DNA of 63,988 nt, filler included, from Licmophora abbreviata (Eukaryota): NCBI GenBank assembly GCA_900291995.1. It is 11 parts of 11 records of this genome, joined end to end, with 100 filler letters (N's around TTAATTAATTAA, not from the genome) between each part and the next. Parts side by side here need not be neighbours in the genome. Positions count along the whole stretch, not along the records: positions 8,393 to 24,307 come from OLMU01005361.1; 10 more parts are not named here. The stretch is one strand, 5' to 3'. Position numbers and translations under genes: made by a program. Shown piece by piece: positions 9,888-20,973 of the stretch. Numbering within the stretch: position 1 is the first letter of the stretch; each line of letters opens with the position of its first letter. The notes below the pieces were generated by a model. It ran no database searches, was not told the origin of the DNA, and worked only from the letters and a program-made list of their open reading frames with translations.

Positions 9888-11605
9888 ATGATGATGCCTC
9901 GACGATTGCTCCTCGTCTTCGCGGCCCTGGGCTGTACCAAGTACACTCAGTCCTTTGTCCCGTGCACTCGTAGCTTCCTTCCGCGAATTGCTTCTGCCTC
10001 CAACGATCATGCCCTGCTGCTTTCCGCCTCGGCATCTAGTAGCAGCAGTACTAGTAGTGAACTCACTAAATTGCCCAACTCGGCAGTGGAATTGACTCTG
10101 ACCGTTCCCAGTGCCGCAACTCAGGGTGCATACGACAAGGCCTGTGCCGAACTGTCGAAGCAAATTAGTATTCCGGGCTTTCGCAAGGGCGCCAGGATTC
10201 CACCGCAAGTGTTGGAACAAAGCATGGCGGCGAAAGGGGGCAAGAATGCGTTGCGGGAGGAAGCCATCAACTCACTGATCCAGCAGTTGATTGAACCTGC
10301 CATAAAGGAAGAACATGGACTCGAGCCTATCGGTCAGCCGACTCTTGTCACACCGGTGGACGAACTTGCGAAAGAATTTGTACCCGGTCAGGACTTTCAA
10401 TTGGCGGTCAAGTGTGATGTCTGGCCGGACATCAAGTGGAATGGCGGAGAGAAACCGTACATGGGATTGAAGGGAGAATACAAGCGTCGACCGTTCAATC
10501 AACAAAAGATGGACATGGCCCTCAAGGATTTGCGCGATCGGTATGCTACTCTGGAACCTCTTCCGGACAATCAAGCTTTGAGTACGGGAGATGCCTGTGT
10601 CGTCAACATGGAGGGATTCATGGCCAACGAGGATGGGACTAAGGGAGAACCGCTTCCCAATGCGGCGTCGGGAGATCACGTGGAGGTCATTTTGGGACCG
10701 GGACGGTACATGGAGGGACTTGTCGAAGGCCTGGAGGGCGCTAAAGTGGGAGATACAGTCACGGTGACCGTCTCGTTCCCAGAGGTGAGTGATTCTGAGA
10801 CCGACCTTTGGACTGCATATTCTGAAAGCATCAAGGAGTTCTTGAGACCAACTTGCCACGCTCTTGCTCTCTTTGTCGTTCGCAGAAACTGAAAGACAAG
10901 TCGCTCGCAGGGAAAAAGGCACTATTTGATGTCAAGGTCTTGGAGGCATCGAGCCGAACACTGCCAGAAGTGACGGATGAGTTTGCGGAAAAGGTCCGCG
11001 CCGGTCTCACCGCCGAGAGTTTGAAAGCAGAACTGCGCAAGGCAGTCGACCAGGAAGATTCACAAGAGTTTGCGGGTGCTCGCAATAGGGCCCTCTCTCT
11101 TGCGCTCGCGGAAGTGATTGATGTCGATGTACCCGATACGCTCGTGACGAACCAGGCCCGTGAAAAGTTCGCCATCATGATGACAGAGATGCGCGATAAT
11201 GGAGTGGCGGATGATGTTATCAAGCAGCAAATTTCGACAGAAAACTTTTTGAAATACAAAAACATTGCCAAGGATGATATTGTGAGGGACTTCCGTGTCA
11301 GCATGGCGACGGATGAGATTGCGCGACTGGAGAACATCCAAGTTCCGGATTATCAAGTGGAAGAGCAACTGCAAGCCATCAAGAAGGACGCACAGGGATC
11401 GGAAGAGGAGTTTGATGAGAACATGGTGCGGAGTAAGGTGGAAGCGACGCTGGAGCGCCAGGCGGTTATGGATTTCTTGGCAGAGAACGCTGACTTGACC
11501 GTCGAATATACGGACGAGCAAGAGTTCGACGAAGCTATGATGGAGAAACTCGCGCAAGAATCTTTGGAGCGCGAGCAGAAACTTGCCGAGGAGCAATCAG
11601 AATGA
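9888..11605 (+). CDS. tig: Plastid trigger factor (exons 9888-10784, 10886-11605)
   Basis: IPGFRKGA ribosome-binding signature, FKBP-like middle domain (GDTVTVTVSFPE|KLKDKSLAGKKALFDVKV across a GTGAGT..CAG intron), C-terminal chaperone domain, bipartite presequence (TQS-FVP). Confidence 0.95.
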
Positions 11606-11712
11606 AAGGAGTGCACTAGAATATAAACAAATAGTGGTCCTTTGAATCTTCGCGCACAGTATGAGTAGCGTGGTAGCGGCCGCCCTGTTCACGAAACGAT
11701 TCATATCAGCAA

Positions 11713-13659
11713 TCATATTGTAAGACTGACTCCTGTTCCATTCGTGGACGTACTGTCATAGCCACGCACTCCGCTCGTCTCTCTGCTGCTTTCCACCAGC
11801 GGTTCATACTCGGAGAAGGAAACAGACCCCGACGACTGCAGCAGACCCTTGCCTAGCTTGGAATGCCGAATGCCGTATAGAAAGTACAAAGCGACCCCGA
11901 TTAGGACCCACGTGAGCGTAAAGGCCCATGATGATGCTGGAATTGATCCCATCATGAGAGCATTGCAAGCAATACCAATCAAGGGCACCAGCGGTACTCC
12001 AGGGCAGCTAAAGGTTTCAGGGGCAGCTGATCTGGGAAGAATCATCAGGTACAGTGTTGATCCGATCACAAGTATCGCACAGAGCCATACAATACTCATG
12101 TTCCATTCGTTGGTGACTGCAATCGTCCCAACTAGTGAAGCACCAGTAAAGAGAAGAGTACAAACGAGCGGCTTGGAACCGTTGCTGTACACATCTCTTC
12201 CACGAACCTCCTCTGGCACCAATGATTCGGATATGCTTCTCTTCGCGGTTCCCACCACGAACGGATCGTCGCCGTCCAAGAAGGCCGGGGGGCTCCATCG
12301 AAGGATGATAACACCGGCGTCGACAAATGTAAAGACCATTAGGGTTCCTAATGATATCATATTGGCCAAGGCTTCCAAGTCGACAAAGCATGCCAGCAAC
12401 GCCGTCACGACGCCGGTTATAATGATCCCGGCAGTCGGCACATGAGTCACCGGATCGACCCTGCCAAAGATAGGAAGCAACAGCCCGTCTTGGGCCATTC
12501 CATAAAAGATACGCGGCTGTCCCATCAAACTGGTGAAAGTTCCCGAAGTCAGTCCAAATATTGCTCCGAACGACACGAACCGACTCGCGTACGCCAGTAG
12601 ATGGTGCAAAATGGGCGCACACAACGAGTTCAAACACGTGTCATGGGCGTCGCCCAAGAGCTGCTGCTCGTGTGTACAACAAGCATTCGCCAATAAAGCA
12701 TTCGTAATGGGTGTATCGCCTCCCAACAAGTCAATAGGCGCCATTCCAATCACTGCCAGAGACACGGAGACGTAGATCAATGCGGAAATGATCAACGATC
12801 CGACAATCCCCAGCGGCATGTTGACTTCGGGCTGGATGACTTCTTCCGAGAGACATGCCACCATGTCGAATCCGATAAAGGCAAAAAAGACCAGCCCTGC
12901 TCCCTCCGCAATGCCTACAAGCCCATGGGGTGCAAACGGGACGAGATTATCCAGTTCGATTGACTCCGCACCCACGATTATAACAAACATCAAGACGGAA
13001 ATATTGAGAACTGTCATAAAATTGTTGAATCTTGAGCTTTCCTTGGTCCCAGTCACCAAGACAAGGGTGCAAAACGTAATAATCACAGTCGATAGAGGCG
13101 AACACGTATAGTCCTTGCCAATCCAAGGAATGGGAAACTTGGTCCAGTAGTTCGTCGGCGTGGTCGTTGAACTCCACAGCCTCTGTGCAAGACTCTGAAA
13201 GAAGCTATAGACATACTCGGCCCAGGACCGTGCTACCACTGAGGTTGTAAAACCATAGCCCAAAGTCAAGTTCCACCCCACCAGCCACCCCCAGAATTCC
13301 CCAAAGGCCACGTAGGCATAGACATAGGCACTCCCCGTTACTGGAAATCGTGCCGCAAATTCCGCATAGGCCAAGGAGGTGAACATGCAGGCCAAACCGC
13401 ACGCCACGAAGGAAAGGCTAATGCCCGGCCCGGCGAGATTGGCACCAATGCCCACCAGGCTGTAAATTCCGGCTCCGACGCTGCAGCCGACGCCGTAGAG
13501 CATCAGGTCAGCCGCTGTGAGGGTGCGTTCCAGATGAGCCTCGCTGCGATTGCGGTCTGTGGCGTGGTCCAGTGGCTTGCGGCGTAACATGGAGCGAAGA
13601 ATAGTATTTAAGTGGGGAGAAGAAGAAGAGAAGACCGAAAGCAGTTTGGGAAAAGGCAT
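11713..13659 (-). CDS. Cationic amino acid transporter (APC superfamily, CAT family)
   Basis: GVGCSVGAGIY, YAEFAARFPVTGSAYVY, FFAFIGFD, GQPRIFYGMAQDGLL, SLGTL and C-terminal FSCPGVPLVP...YFLYGIRHS; ~14 TM helices. Confidence 0.92.
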   Translation of the reverse strand: MPFPKLLSVFSSSSPHLNTILRSMLRRKPLDHATDRNRSEAHLERTLTAADLMLYGVGCSVGAGIYSLVGIGANLAGPGISLSFVACGLACMFTSLAYAEFAARFPVTGSAYVYAYVAFGEFWGWLVGWNLTLGYGFTTSVVARSWAEYVYSFFQSLAQRLWSSTTTPTNYWTKFPIPWIGKDYTCSPLSTVIITFCTLVLVTGTKESSRFNNFMTVLNISVLMFVIIVGAESIELDNLVPFAPHGLVGIAEGAGLVFFAFIGFDMVACLSEEVIQPEVNMPLGIVGSLIISALIYVSVSLAVIGMAPIDLLGGDTPITNALLANACCTHEQQLLGDAHDTCLNSLCAPILHHLLAYASRFVSFGAIFGLTSGTFTSLMGQPRIFYGMAQDGLLLPIFGRVDPVTHVPTAGIIITGVVTALLACFVDLEALANMISLGTLMVFTFVDAGVIILRWSPPAFLDGDDPFVVGTAKRSISESLVPEEVRGRDVYSNGSKPLVCTLLFTGASLVGTIAVTNEWNMSIVWLCAILVIGSTLYLMILPRSAAPETFSCPGVPLVPLIGIACNALMMGSIPASSWAFTLTWVLIGVALYFLYGIRHSKLGKGLLQSSGSVSFSEYEPLVESSRETSGVRGYDSTSTNGTGVSLTI

Positions 13660-14247
13660 GGTGGAAAACTCGGGTGTTCTGGGATCAGGGTTCGCTTCGA
13701 TGGTCTTCACTCTTGATAGAGAGTACGACTTCGATAGACGGTGGGAAAACGCGGTGAATTTCGGCAATTCAAGAGTAGCAGCGCTTCATGAAACAGGAGC
13801 AGCACGGTTTCATCTGTTTTCTTCGCAAATTAGTGGCAAGAGTGTTTGTCTCAATGAATGGTGGCTGAACAATGACGCAGGAAGCGTAACAAGATAGACT
13901 ATGATAGCGCCAAGCAAGATGAAACGACACTCTCGAACGACGCATCCGAAACCTGTGCTTAAAAAAGCGCGGGAAAAGCAGCCAAAGATACCCACAAAAG
14001 AGCTCGAAGAGATAATTATATATATTCAGTCTTTTATAGAAGTTCGCGCTACATCCCTTTCTAAAACAAATTTGCAATTTCCAAATCCGAAGCCCGCCGA
14101 CTTCAAACTTTCAAAGCTTTCTTTGAAACTTCTCGACACCCCTCGTCACTTTTCTTTCTCGATGACAACACCCAAGCCTCTCACGTCACTTTGCCTTCTT
14201 GACACTCTTCCCCTCTGATCCAACACCCCGCTAGTATCTATTTTACA

Positions 14248-15177
14248 ATGCCTCAGAGTTTGACCCCCTCGAACAACGAAAACCAGACTCTACTGTCTTC
14301 GAACGGCAACAAAAGCTACTCTGCATCACACGGCACCGAGAACAACATGGCGGACCGCCGTGTCTTGCGTCGTCGCCGACAGTGTGTCTTTGCCACCTTT
14401 TGGGCACTCTTTGCTCTTTCCATCATCATTTGCATCGTCGTAGTCTTTCAAGCCCAATCTCGAACGCCTGTCAAACATGACGCTCTCAACGCCATCCGTA
14501 GTAGTGGCAAGGATGGTGCGGGTGTCATGCGTGGATGCGAAGCGACGGTTCTAATCATGCGGCACTGTGAAAAGTTCGGACCGTCCATTCGAGACTCGGT
14601 GCACAATCAACACTGCTCCTACTTGGGCCTGGAGCGGGCCAAGTACATTGGTAGAAACCTATTTGGGAAACGCTGGCCTCTGCCGTCCTACCTGTATGCC
14701 TTGTCTCCCACCCGACCGAGGCATTTGAATTTTCGTGAAGTCGAAACGTTGCTGACGTTGAGTGAAAAGGTGGGATTGGATATCAACAGTAATTATACGA
14801 ATAATCAGCGTGCCGATCTGGCAGATGAAGTCTTTGACAAACTGCGAGCGGGTGATCTCTGCGGACGCGTCGTGGCCATCTCGTGGGATCAGGCGGCCCT
14901 GCCCCTACTGGCCCGCGAATTGGGGTGTGGAGAGGATGAGGGATGCCCGGCACGTTACACCCAGGATTCCTTTGATGATGTGTGGCAGCTCAAGTATGTG
15001 TACGGGCCGCCGATTCTGTATTCTGCCAAAGAAGAGACGGGTGTGAGGCGCTTGAGACGCAGCGGTGTCAAGAATATGTGGTTTGTCTATGGCAGCGTCA
15101 CGCATATGAATTTTGATCCCCTGGAGTTTAGTATGAAGCATGGGGACCACTATACCATTCCAGGAACGCCTCTTTGA
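14248..15177 (+). CDS. Type II membrane histidine-phosphatase-superfamily protein
   Basis: N-terminal TM anchor, LIMRHCEK (RHG-like), GLERA, REVETL, C-terminal FDDVWQLKY. Confidence 0.65.
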   Translation: MPQSLTPSNNENQTLLSSNGNKSYSASHGTENNMADRRVLRRRRQCVFATFWALFALSIIICIVVVFQAQSRTPVKHDALNAIRSSGKDGAGVMRGCEATVLIMRHCEKFGPSIRDSVHNQHCSYLGLERAKYIGRNLFGKRWPLPSYLYALSPTRPRHLNFREVETLLTLSEKVGLDINSNYTNNQRADLADEVFDKLRAGDLCGRVVAISWDQAALPLLARELGCGEDEGCPARYTQDSFDDVWQLKYVYGPPILYSAKEETGVRRLRRSGVKNMWFVYGSVTHMNFDPLEFSMKHGDHYTIPGTPL

Positions 15178-15828
15178 GGAGAGCTAGTTTTGAAGCTTGC
15201 TTGTACGAGTGGTAAAGAAATCGGTTCGGTGTCATGTGTATCGTTGCCTGTGGTCTACGAGTATTCCTGATCGTCGGGCTGGGAGTGCTTTGCTTCCAGC
15301 TACACGGCGTTTCTATTACAATGCACATATCAGATAAAAGTGATTACAAGGATGATGCTGTCTGTTGCGCTCTGTTCTTCTAAGATCAAATTAAATTAGT
15401 CGTTCATTCCGTGCAGAGCGTTCCCTGTGCATCTCTGAACAGGCATGGGGGAACGCATTGGAATTCGTACCTGGTACTACTACTGGTACAGGGTATGTCG
15501 ATACTGCGCGAGGGGCTGTCTCCGCCCAATCATCTTGTCCGGGGCCTCTAGCAACGTAGGCACCAGGTACCTTTTTACAAGAGGGCGTCTACCTGGTAGC
15601 GGATGCATAAATTGGTTCAATGATACCGTAACTGTTCCGAGCGAGAAGTAGCCATCACGCATCACCCGCAGAGCAAGCCATGCGCGGTGCGTTACTTGCT
15701 TGTAGTCTACTCCTGATCGTTGGGATGGGAGGGCTTTGCTTGGTACACGACACTTCTGTCATGATGCGCGTATCAGCTAGGAGTCGTGTAGGATGACGTT
15801 GTATGTAGCTTTTTCCCTAAAAGTTTAG

Positions 15829-16650
15829 CTAGTTGTTCATTCTGGGCAGTGCCCCGCTTTGTATCTTTTCCTTAAATTGCTGGTGTGCCTCTGACCAAGC
15901 TTTGGAAAAAGCATCGGAAGTCGTACTATTACTGAAACAAGGTGTCTCTGGATACTGTGCGAGGGGCCGTCTCCACCAAATCACCATGTCCGGCATGGGC
16001 GCGGCCTTGAGTAGTGTAACTATAAGATGGCGCCCGACGGATGGATGTGACTCAATGATCCAGTCTATTTGCTCTTCGTCGTCGTCTTCGGTATAATGAC
16101 ATGGATGTGGCAAGGTTCCGGATAAAAGTGTGGTATCCGAGTCATATAGAATCTCAATAGAGCTTTCTGCTCCGACGGCATGGTTGCGATCCCGATACGG
16201 CACGAATCCGTTTGTTGTCACTTGGATCTTCTTGGCAGTAGGAGCGGTAGTGATATTTCTGTCGTTAGATTCAAGGGTGAGTCGAAAGATAAGGGCATGG
16301 CGATCCTGTGACCAATAGAGCGTGTGTCCGGATTCCGTTTCGACCTGACCACCCCTGTCTGTCCAGTCGTCGATGCACGTGTCGTTTGAACTTCTCGTCG
16401 TCGGCGGCGGCGGCTGGGTGGACTCTTGCACCGATTTTAATATCGCTGAACTTTCTTGCATCCCATCATTTCTCTCGCTGTCGCTACTTGCCACAACAAT
16501 GGATCCGTCTGGATTTGTCGTAATTTTGCTGGGAGCGTCCAAGCGTGTTACTCGTGGCCAAACTGTTGACGACTCAGTTTTACTGTGCTCGTCCTCATCA
16601 CTGCTATCGCCAAAGTGATCCCATTTCGAGTAGTCGAGGCCCCGCGACAT
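15829..16650 (-). CDS. CS/p23-like (NudC-type) co-chaperone domain protein
   Basis: N-terminal LDYSKWDH..DSSDE motif; YWSQDR...LLSGTLPHP...IDWII...LIVTLLK...WWRR fits the CS-domain pattern. Confidence 0.65.
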   Translation of the reverse strand: MSRGLDYSKWDHFGDSSDEDEHSKTESSTVWPRVTRLDAPSKITTNPDGSIVVASSDSERNDGMQESSAILKSVQESTQPPPPTTRSSNDTCIDDWTDRGGQVETESGHTLYWSQDRHALIFRLTLESNDRNITTAPTAKKIQVTTNGFVPYRDRNHAVGAESSIEILYDSDTTLLSGTLPHPCHYTEDDDEEQIDWIIESHPSVGRHLIVTLLKAAPMPDMVIWWRRPLAQYPETPCFSNSTTSDAFSKAWSEAHQQFKEKIQSGALPRMNN

Positions 16651-17944
16651 GACAGCTAGAGTCGTAGTGAGAATGATGTGATGCAACGACGGAATGAATA
16701 CAATGAGCCTCTCATCGATGGTGATATGAAATGAAAAAAAGAAAATCTCAAATCTCAGTTTTGGACGAGATGACGAGCACCGCGCGTCAGTCATCCGCGA
16801 CACACGCGTACCTTTATCCAAGACTCACTCGTAAATGACAAAACCACAAGCAAGACTGAGGAACCCGGCGGCACCGGTGACGACTTGAGATGGCGTTTAC
16901 ATGCTCGATGGGACCACATGATTGCGTGTCGGAGACAAGATTCTCATCGTAAACCACACCTCCGGGAGGGGTATGCGATCTGAAGAAGTTATTCGACCCG
17001 TGAAAGAGGCAAGAGTTACAGCACTCGACGTTTGAAATAATGAAACCTCTGCGTCAACAACGACAAGGAAATGCGAGGGCAGCTTTTGTTCACAGGATAC
17101 GTGATGACCTGTTAGCCATTATTGCCTGGAGGGCTGTGAAAGTTGAGTGAAAGTGCGTATCCATTCGTTTCTTGAACGGGCGAGCGAGCGACGTGGACGG
17201 AGACGACGTATTGTGAGCTGGTGGACGAGCGACGAGCGAGAGCGCGACACAGGCGCCCCCCGCGGAGAGCGCGCTGATGCACACACACATCATCGTGGCG
17301 CAACGCACATAGAAATGACGACGAGCGACGGCACCAGCGCACCCAGTCTATGGCGCCTTGTATTGATGCCCATGTCGATAACTCCGAGTAGCTTCTAATG
17401 AACTGAGTTATGTGAAATTATTATTTAATAATCAGACGTGTCTGATCGTCAAAGTCTTATGTCACACACGACATGCTTACTGTGTCACAGCGTCTCACAA
17501 AATTCCGCCCCAACCATGGAACTTTGTTTATCACACGTACTATTTCTGTGTCGCTACGACATCCTTTCTGTGGCACTTCCCTCGCTATTGCCCCCTCTTC
17601 CCTTCTCGTCCCTTGTTCAATCATCATCATCCTTTTTCAAAGTTTCTGCAGCAACGAGAACCGCTGGCGGTATACAGTTTCATTTGATTCTCTATCGATA
17701 GCGGCGATGACATCCCGCTCCACAGTATTTGCACTGCACTAGAAAGTCAAGCGCGAAGAAGCGTTCGCAAGACCAAGGATAGGTTTTGTTCCGGCACTTT
17801 CTTGGAGCGTGACGCGTTTTTCTAGTACCAGGTTCGGTACGGTGGTATACGCGGTAGCATCAAGGCTGGATTGAACCGGTACGCCTTTGATCGTGTCTTG
17901 TTGACTCTGAAAGGAAAGGATCGTAAAGAAGAAAGTGGTACACA

Positions 17945-20587
17945 ATGAGTGATCTCCCTCCTCCTCGGAAAAGTCGACTTTTAGGCCGATCCAAGTCGAC
18001 AAGCGGCGCCAACGGTAATAAGCAGCAGCGAAACTCCTCCTCCTCCCCACCCGACGATGCCCCACCCTACCCACTTATCCCCCCGGCCTCTCCTAGTACC
18101 ACACCGCACAGAAAGACATGGGAGCGTCACTATCGATCCTTCTTGACCCGCAAACAAATGGGAAACGGAAGCTCTCCCGACAGTGCGCCTCCGGCATCAG
18201 CTCATCACGCGGAGGACAGGGCAGCCATGTCTCCTAGTACACAATCGAGGCGAGTCTTTCTTCCTGGATCGAGACGACTCTTTCGGAATCCAAGTCGAGG
18301 AGGCGGTAGTAAAGATTCACTTGATATGAGTCGAATGCCACCCATGCCAGTCTTGGCCAAGACAAAGACGGACGAAGAATCAGCAGTGCGAGGAGGAAAC
18401 TTGTTTGCTTCCGTCTTTCAGCAAAATAAAGCCAAACCGATTGTACATGACACGCACTCAGAGCCACATCGCCGTGTCAAGTCGGTCGATGCACTGGATA
18501 GCACCATGCGGCGTGGACAGGACAAGAGCCACTCCTCCTCTCCCGCAACACCCCGCAGTACCAAAAAGGTACCGGCCGACGATCGACCGGTGCGTGGGGG
18601 TGAGACGACGCATGTGGGCATGAGCAATCTACCAAAAGCATTGAGTGCGTCAGGAAATAAGACAAAGGAGATGAAAAAGGCCTTCACGGCGTTTCACAAC
18701 TCGTCGAAATTCGCACCGGATTCCACCTCGGCCTATCTGGGCGACGAATTGAGCGTCAAGCGAAATACTTACTTTGCGGAATACAACCAGGGCGTGATGC
18801 CTCACAGTGGAGCGTGTAAGTTCAGATACGACCAGGGATGAATGTATGGGAGGTCCTGTTGTCATGCGGTACGAGAACTAACACTTTTGAAAATTCTCGA
18901 CGTGCCACACTAGCCTTTTCACATTCGGAACGAGTCCATCCAGGAGCAAAAGTAATGTCTTCACGAAACAGTCTCTCGGCATTAGATACAGTGGACGAAC
19001 ACGTTCAGGTTCGTCGAGCTATGCGAATGCTACGACAAGTTCAGGGTCCAGACAAGTGGGAGTCGGGGAGACGATACCTCATTGCCCCTGCCGCCTTGTC
19101 CTCTTGTCCATTAAAAGTCTTGTCGATACTGTCAGGTTCCAATCGCATTTTGAATGACTACAACGACACACCATTTGGGATTGTTGAGTTGGGTCAAGCG
19201 ACGGTGACATTTGAGGGGGGAAGATCCTCGGGGTGGTCAACTTGCAAGTTTGTATTGCGTCAGAACTACTTGATGGAGTACGATACAGATGGTAATATAC
19301 ATGGACGACCGAGAGGATTTGCCCACTTGCAGTACGCTCGGGCCTACCAGCATCCTGATTTCCCCGATGCACTGGAACTGGCATTCTATCTCAGCCCATG
19401 TGCCAAGGCAGATAAGCGCGTTGTGAGTATGGAGTGGAATCATTGTTGCCGTCATTGGAGCGAGACGAGGGTTTTCATCGCTCTGACATGTTTGTTTGTG
19501 TATTCTCTTTCAGCTGTTTATGCGAGTAGAGTCCCAGGAGGAGCGTGATCGTTGGGTCATTTGCTTGAACGACGCGGCGAATCTAACGATTCTCGATTTT
19601 TACGATTTTGAGGAGGGGACGGAGTTTGGCAGAGGTCGGTACGCGGCTGTATATCCAGCCCGCCGTCGGACTATGCAGGAATTGACGAACCACCCTTCGG
19701 ATCCGGATTTGAAGAAGCGTGCCCTCAATTACGACTGCGCGTTAAAGATTATCGACAAGAATGAGTTTTGGAGGCGTGTCGTCAAGGGCATTGAACGAGC
19801 CGATACATTGGTGCGGGAAGCGTCGGTGCAGGCGACTCTAACGGCACATTGCCGTCATCTGCCGGCATTTTTGCAGCTGAGAAGCTTCTTTGAAACATCA
19901 ACTCATCTTATTATGGAAGTTGAGCTCTTGCAAGGGAAAGATTTGTTCCGATACGTAGCGTCGAAAGGATGTCTTTCGGAAAAGGAAGCGGCCGAGATCA
20001 TGTGTGACTTGTTGACATGCTTGGAGGCGATGCGTCGTATCGGTCTGGCCCACCGTGACATCAAGCCAGCCAACATTCTCATGTGTGATAAGAAGAAAGA
20101 AGGCGTCTGTATAAAACTCGGTGATTTCGGCATGTCGACTTTCGTGGGAGTCGATGGTCTCGTCCGTGGACGATGTGGGACGCCTGGCTATGTTGCGCCC
20201 GAGATTTTTGCGGCTGGAGTGAACGCGGGCTATGGCAACAAGGTCGATGTCTTTTCTGCTGGCGTGACTTTGCATGTGATGCTCTGTGGGTACGAGCCGT
20301 TTTATGGCGAATCAGATACTGAGTTAATCGCGGCCAATAAAGAGGCTCATATCGAATTCCAGGAGGACGACTGGGGAAAAGTCACCGACGAGGCTCGTGA
20401 TTTGGTAAAGCGCATGATGGAGGCTGATCCTAAGAAGCGAACTGATGCAAAGGATGCCTTGAACCACGCATGGATTCGAAAGCATGTTGCTGGCTCGCCA
20501 TGGCTGGATGCCCTCGAATCCTCCATGGATCGAATGGCCTTGTCCTCGGACGATGTGCCGAACGGAATTGCATGCACGGTGAGCTAG
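17945..20587 (+). CDS. Ser/Thr protein kinase (CAMK group) with PH domain (exons 17945-18815, 18914-19422, 19514-20587)
   Basis: PH-like GWSTCKFVLRQNYLMEY...ESQEERDRWVICL; kinase motifs FGRGRY, ALKIIDK, HRDIKPAN, DFG, GTPGYVAPE, DVFSAG. Two canonical introns keep the frame. Confidence 0.92.
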
Positions 20588-20973
20588 TAGAGGGTAGCAT
20601 CGCGTGGAGGGGATGTACAGTACATAGATTTTGATTTAAAGTGGCTGCATGACATACCGGTACATTTGATTTCACTCAGAAGTACGCATGGAACATGTTG
20701 TGTGGCTCGCATTGACAGAGGACCGCCTTCCTCGATCCGCGCGATGAAATCTGCTTCGCGGAGGGCTCATGTCTGCCCCCTTGTGGCACTCTTGCAGAGG
20801 GTTGCGGTTCGTCGAGATGGAGATGGCGGAATGAAAGTGATGTTGTTGTCTCTCTCAACGGGGTTTGTGGTCTATTCGACGCGTTTTGCAGCAAACCGTG
20901 AGTACCGGACGTCCATGTCACTGCGACATCACAAAGTTTTCAAAATTCAGATCCAAGTTTCATCACATGAACC

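Noticed and set aside
15178..15828. Intergenic stretch with short ORFs and several GGTACC-like motifs, as a possible MITE
   Set aside because: No terminal inverted repeats, target-site duplication or second copy is visible; only the short palindromic motif is reported.
16830..17940. Short ORFs in the 1.1-kb region between the CS-domain gene and the kinase
   Set aside because: No recognisable protein features; consistent with promoter/5' UTR sequence.
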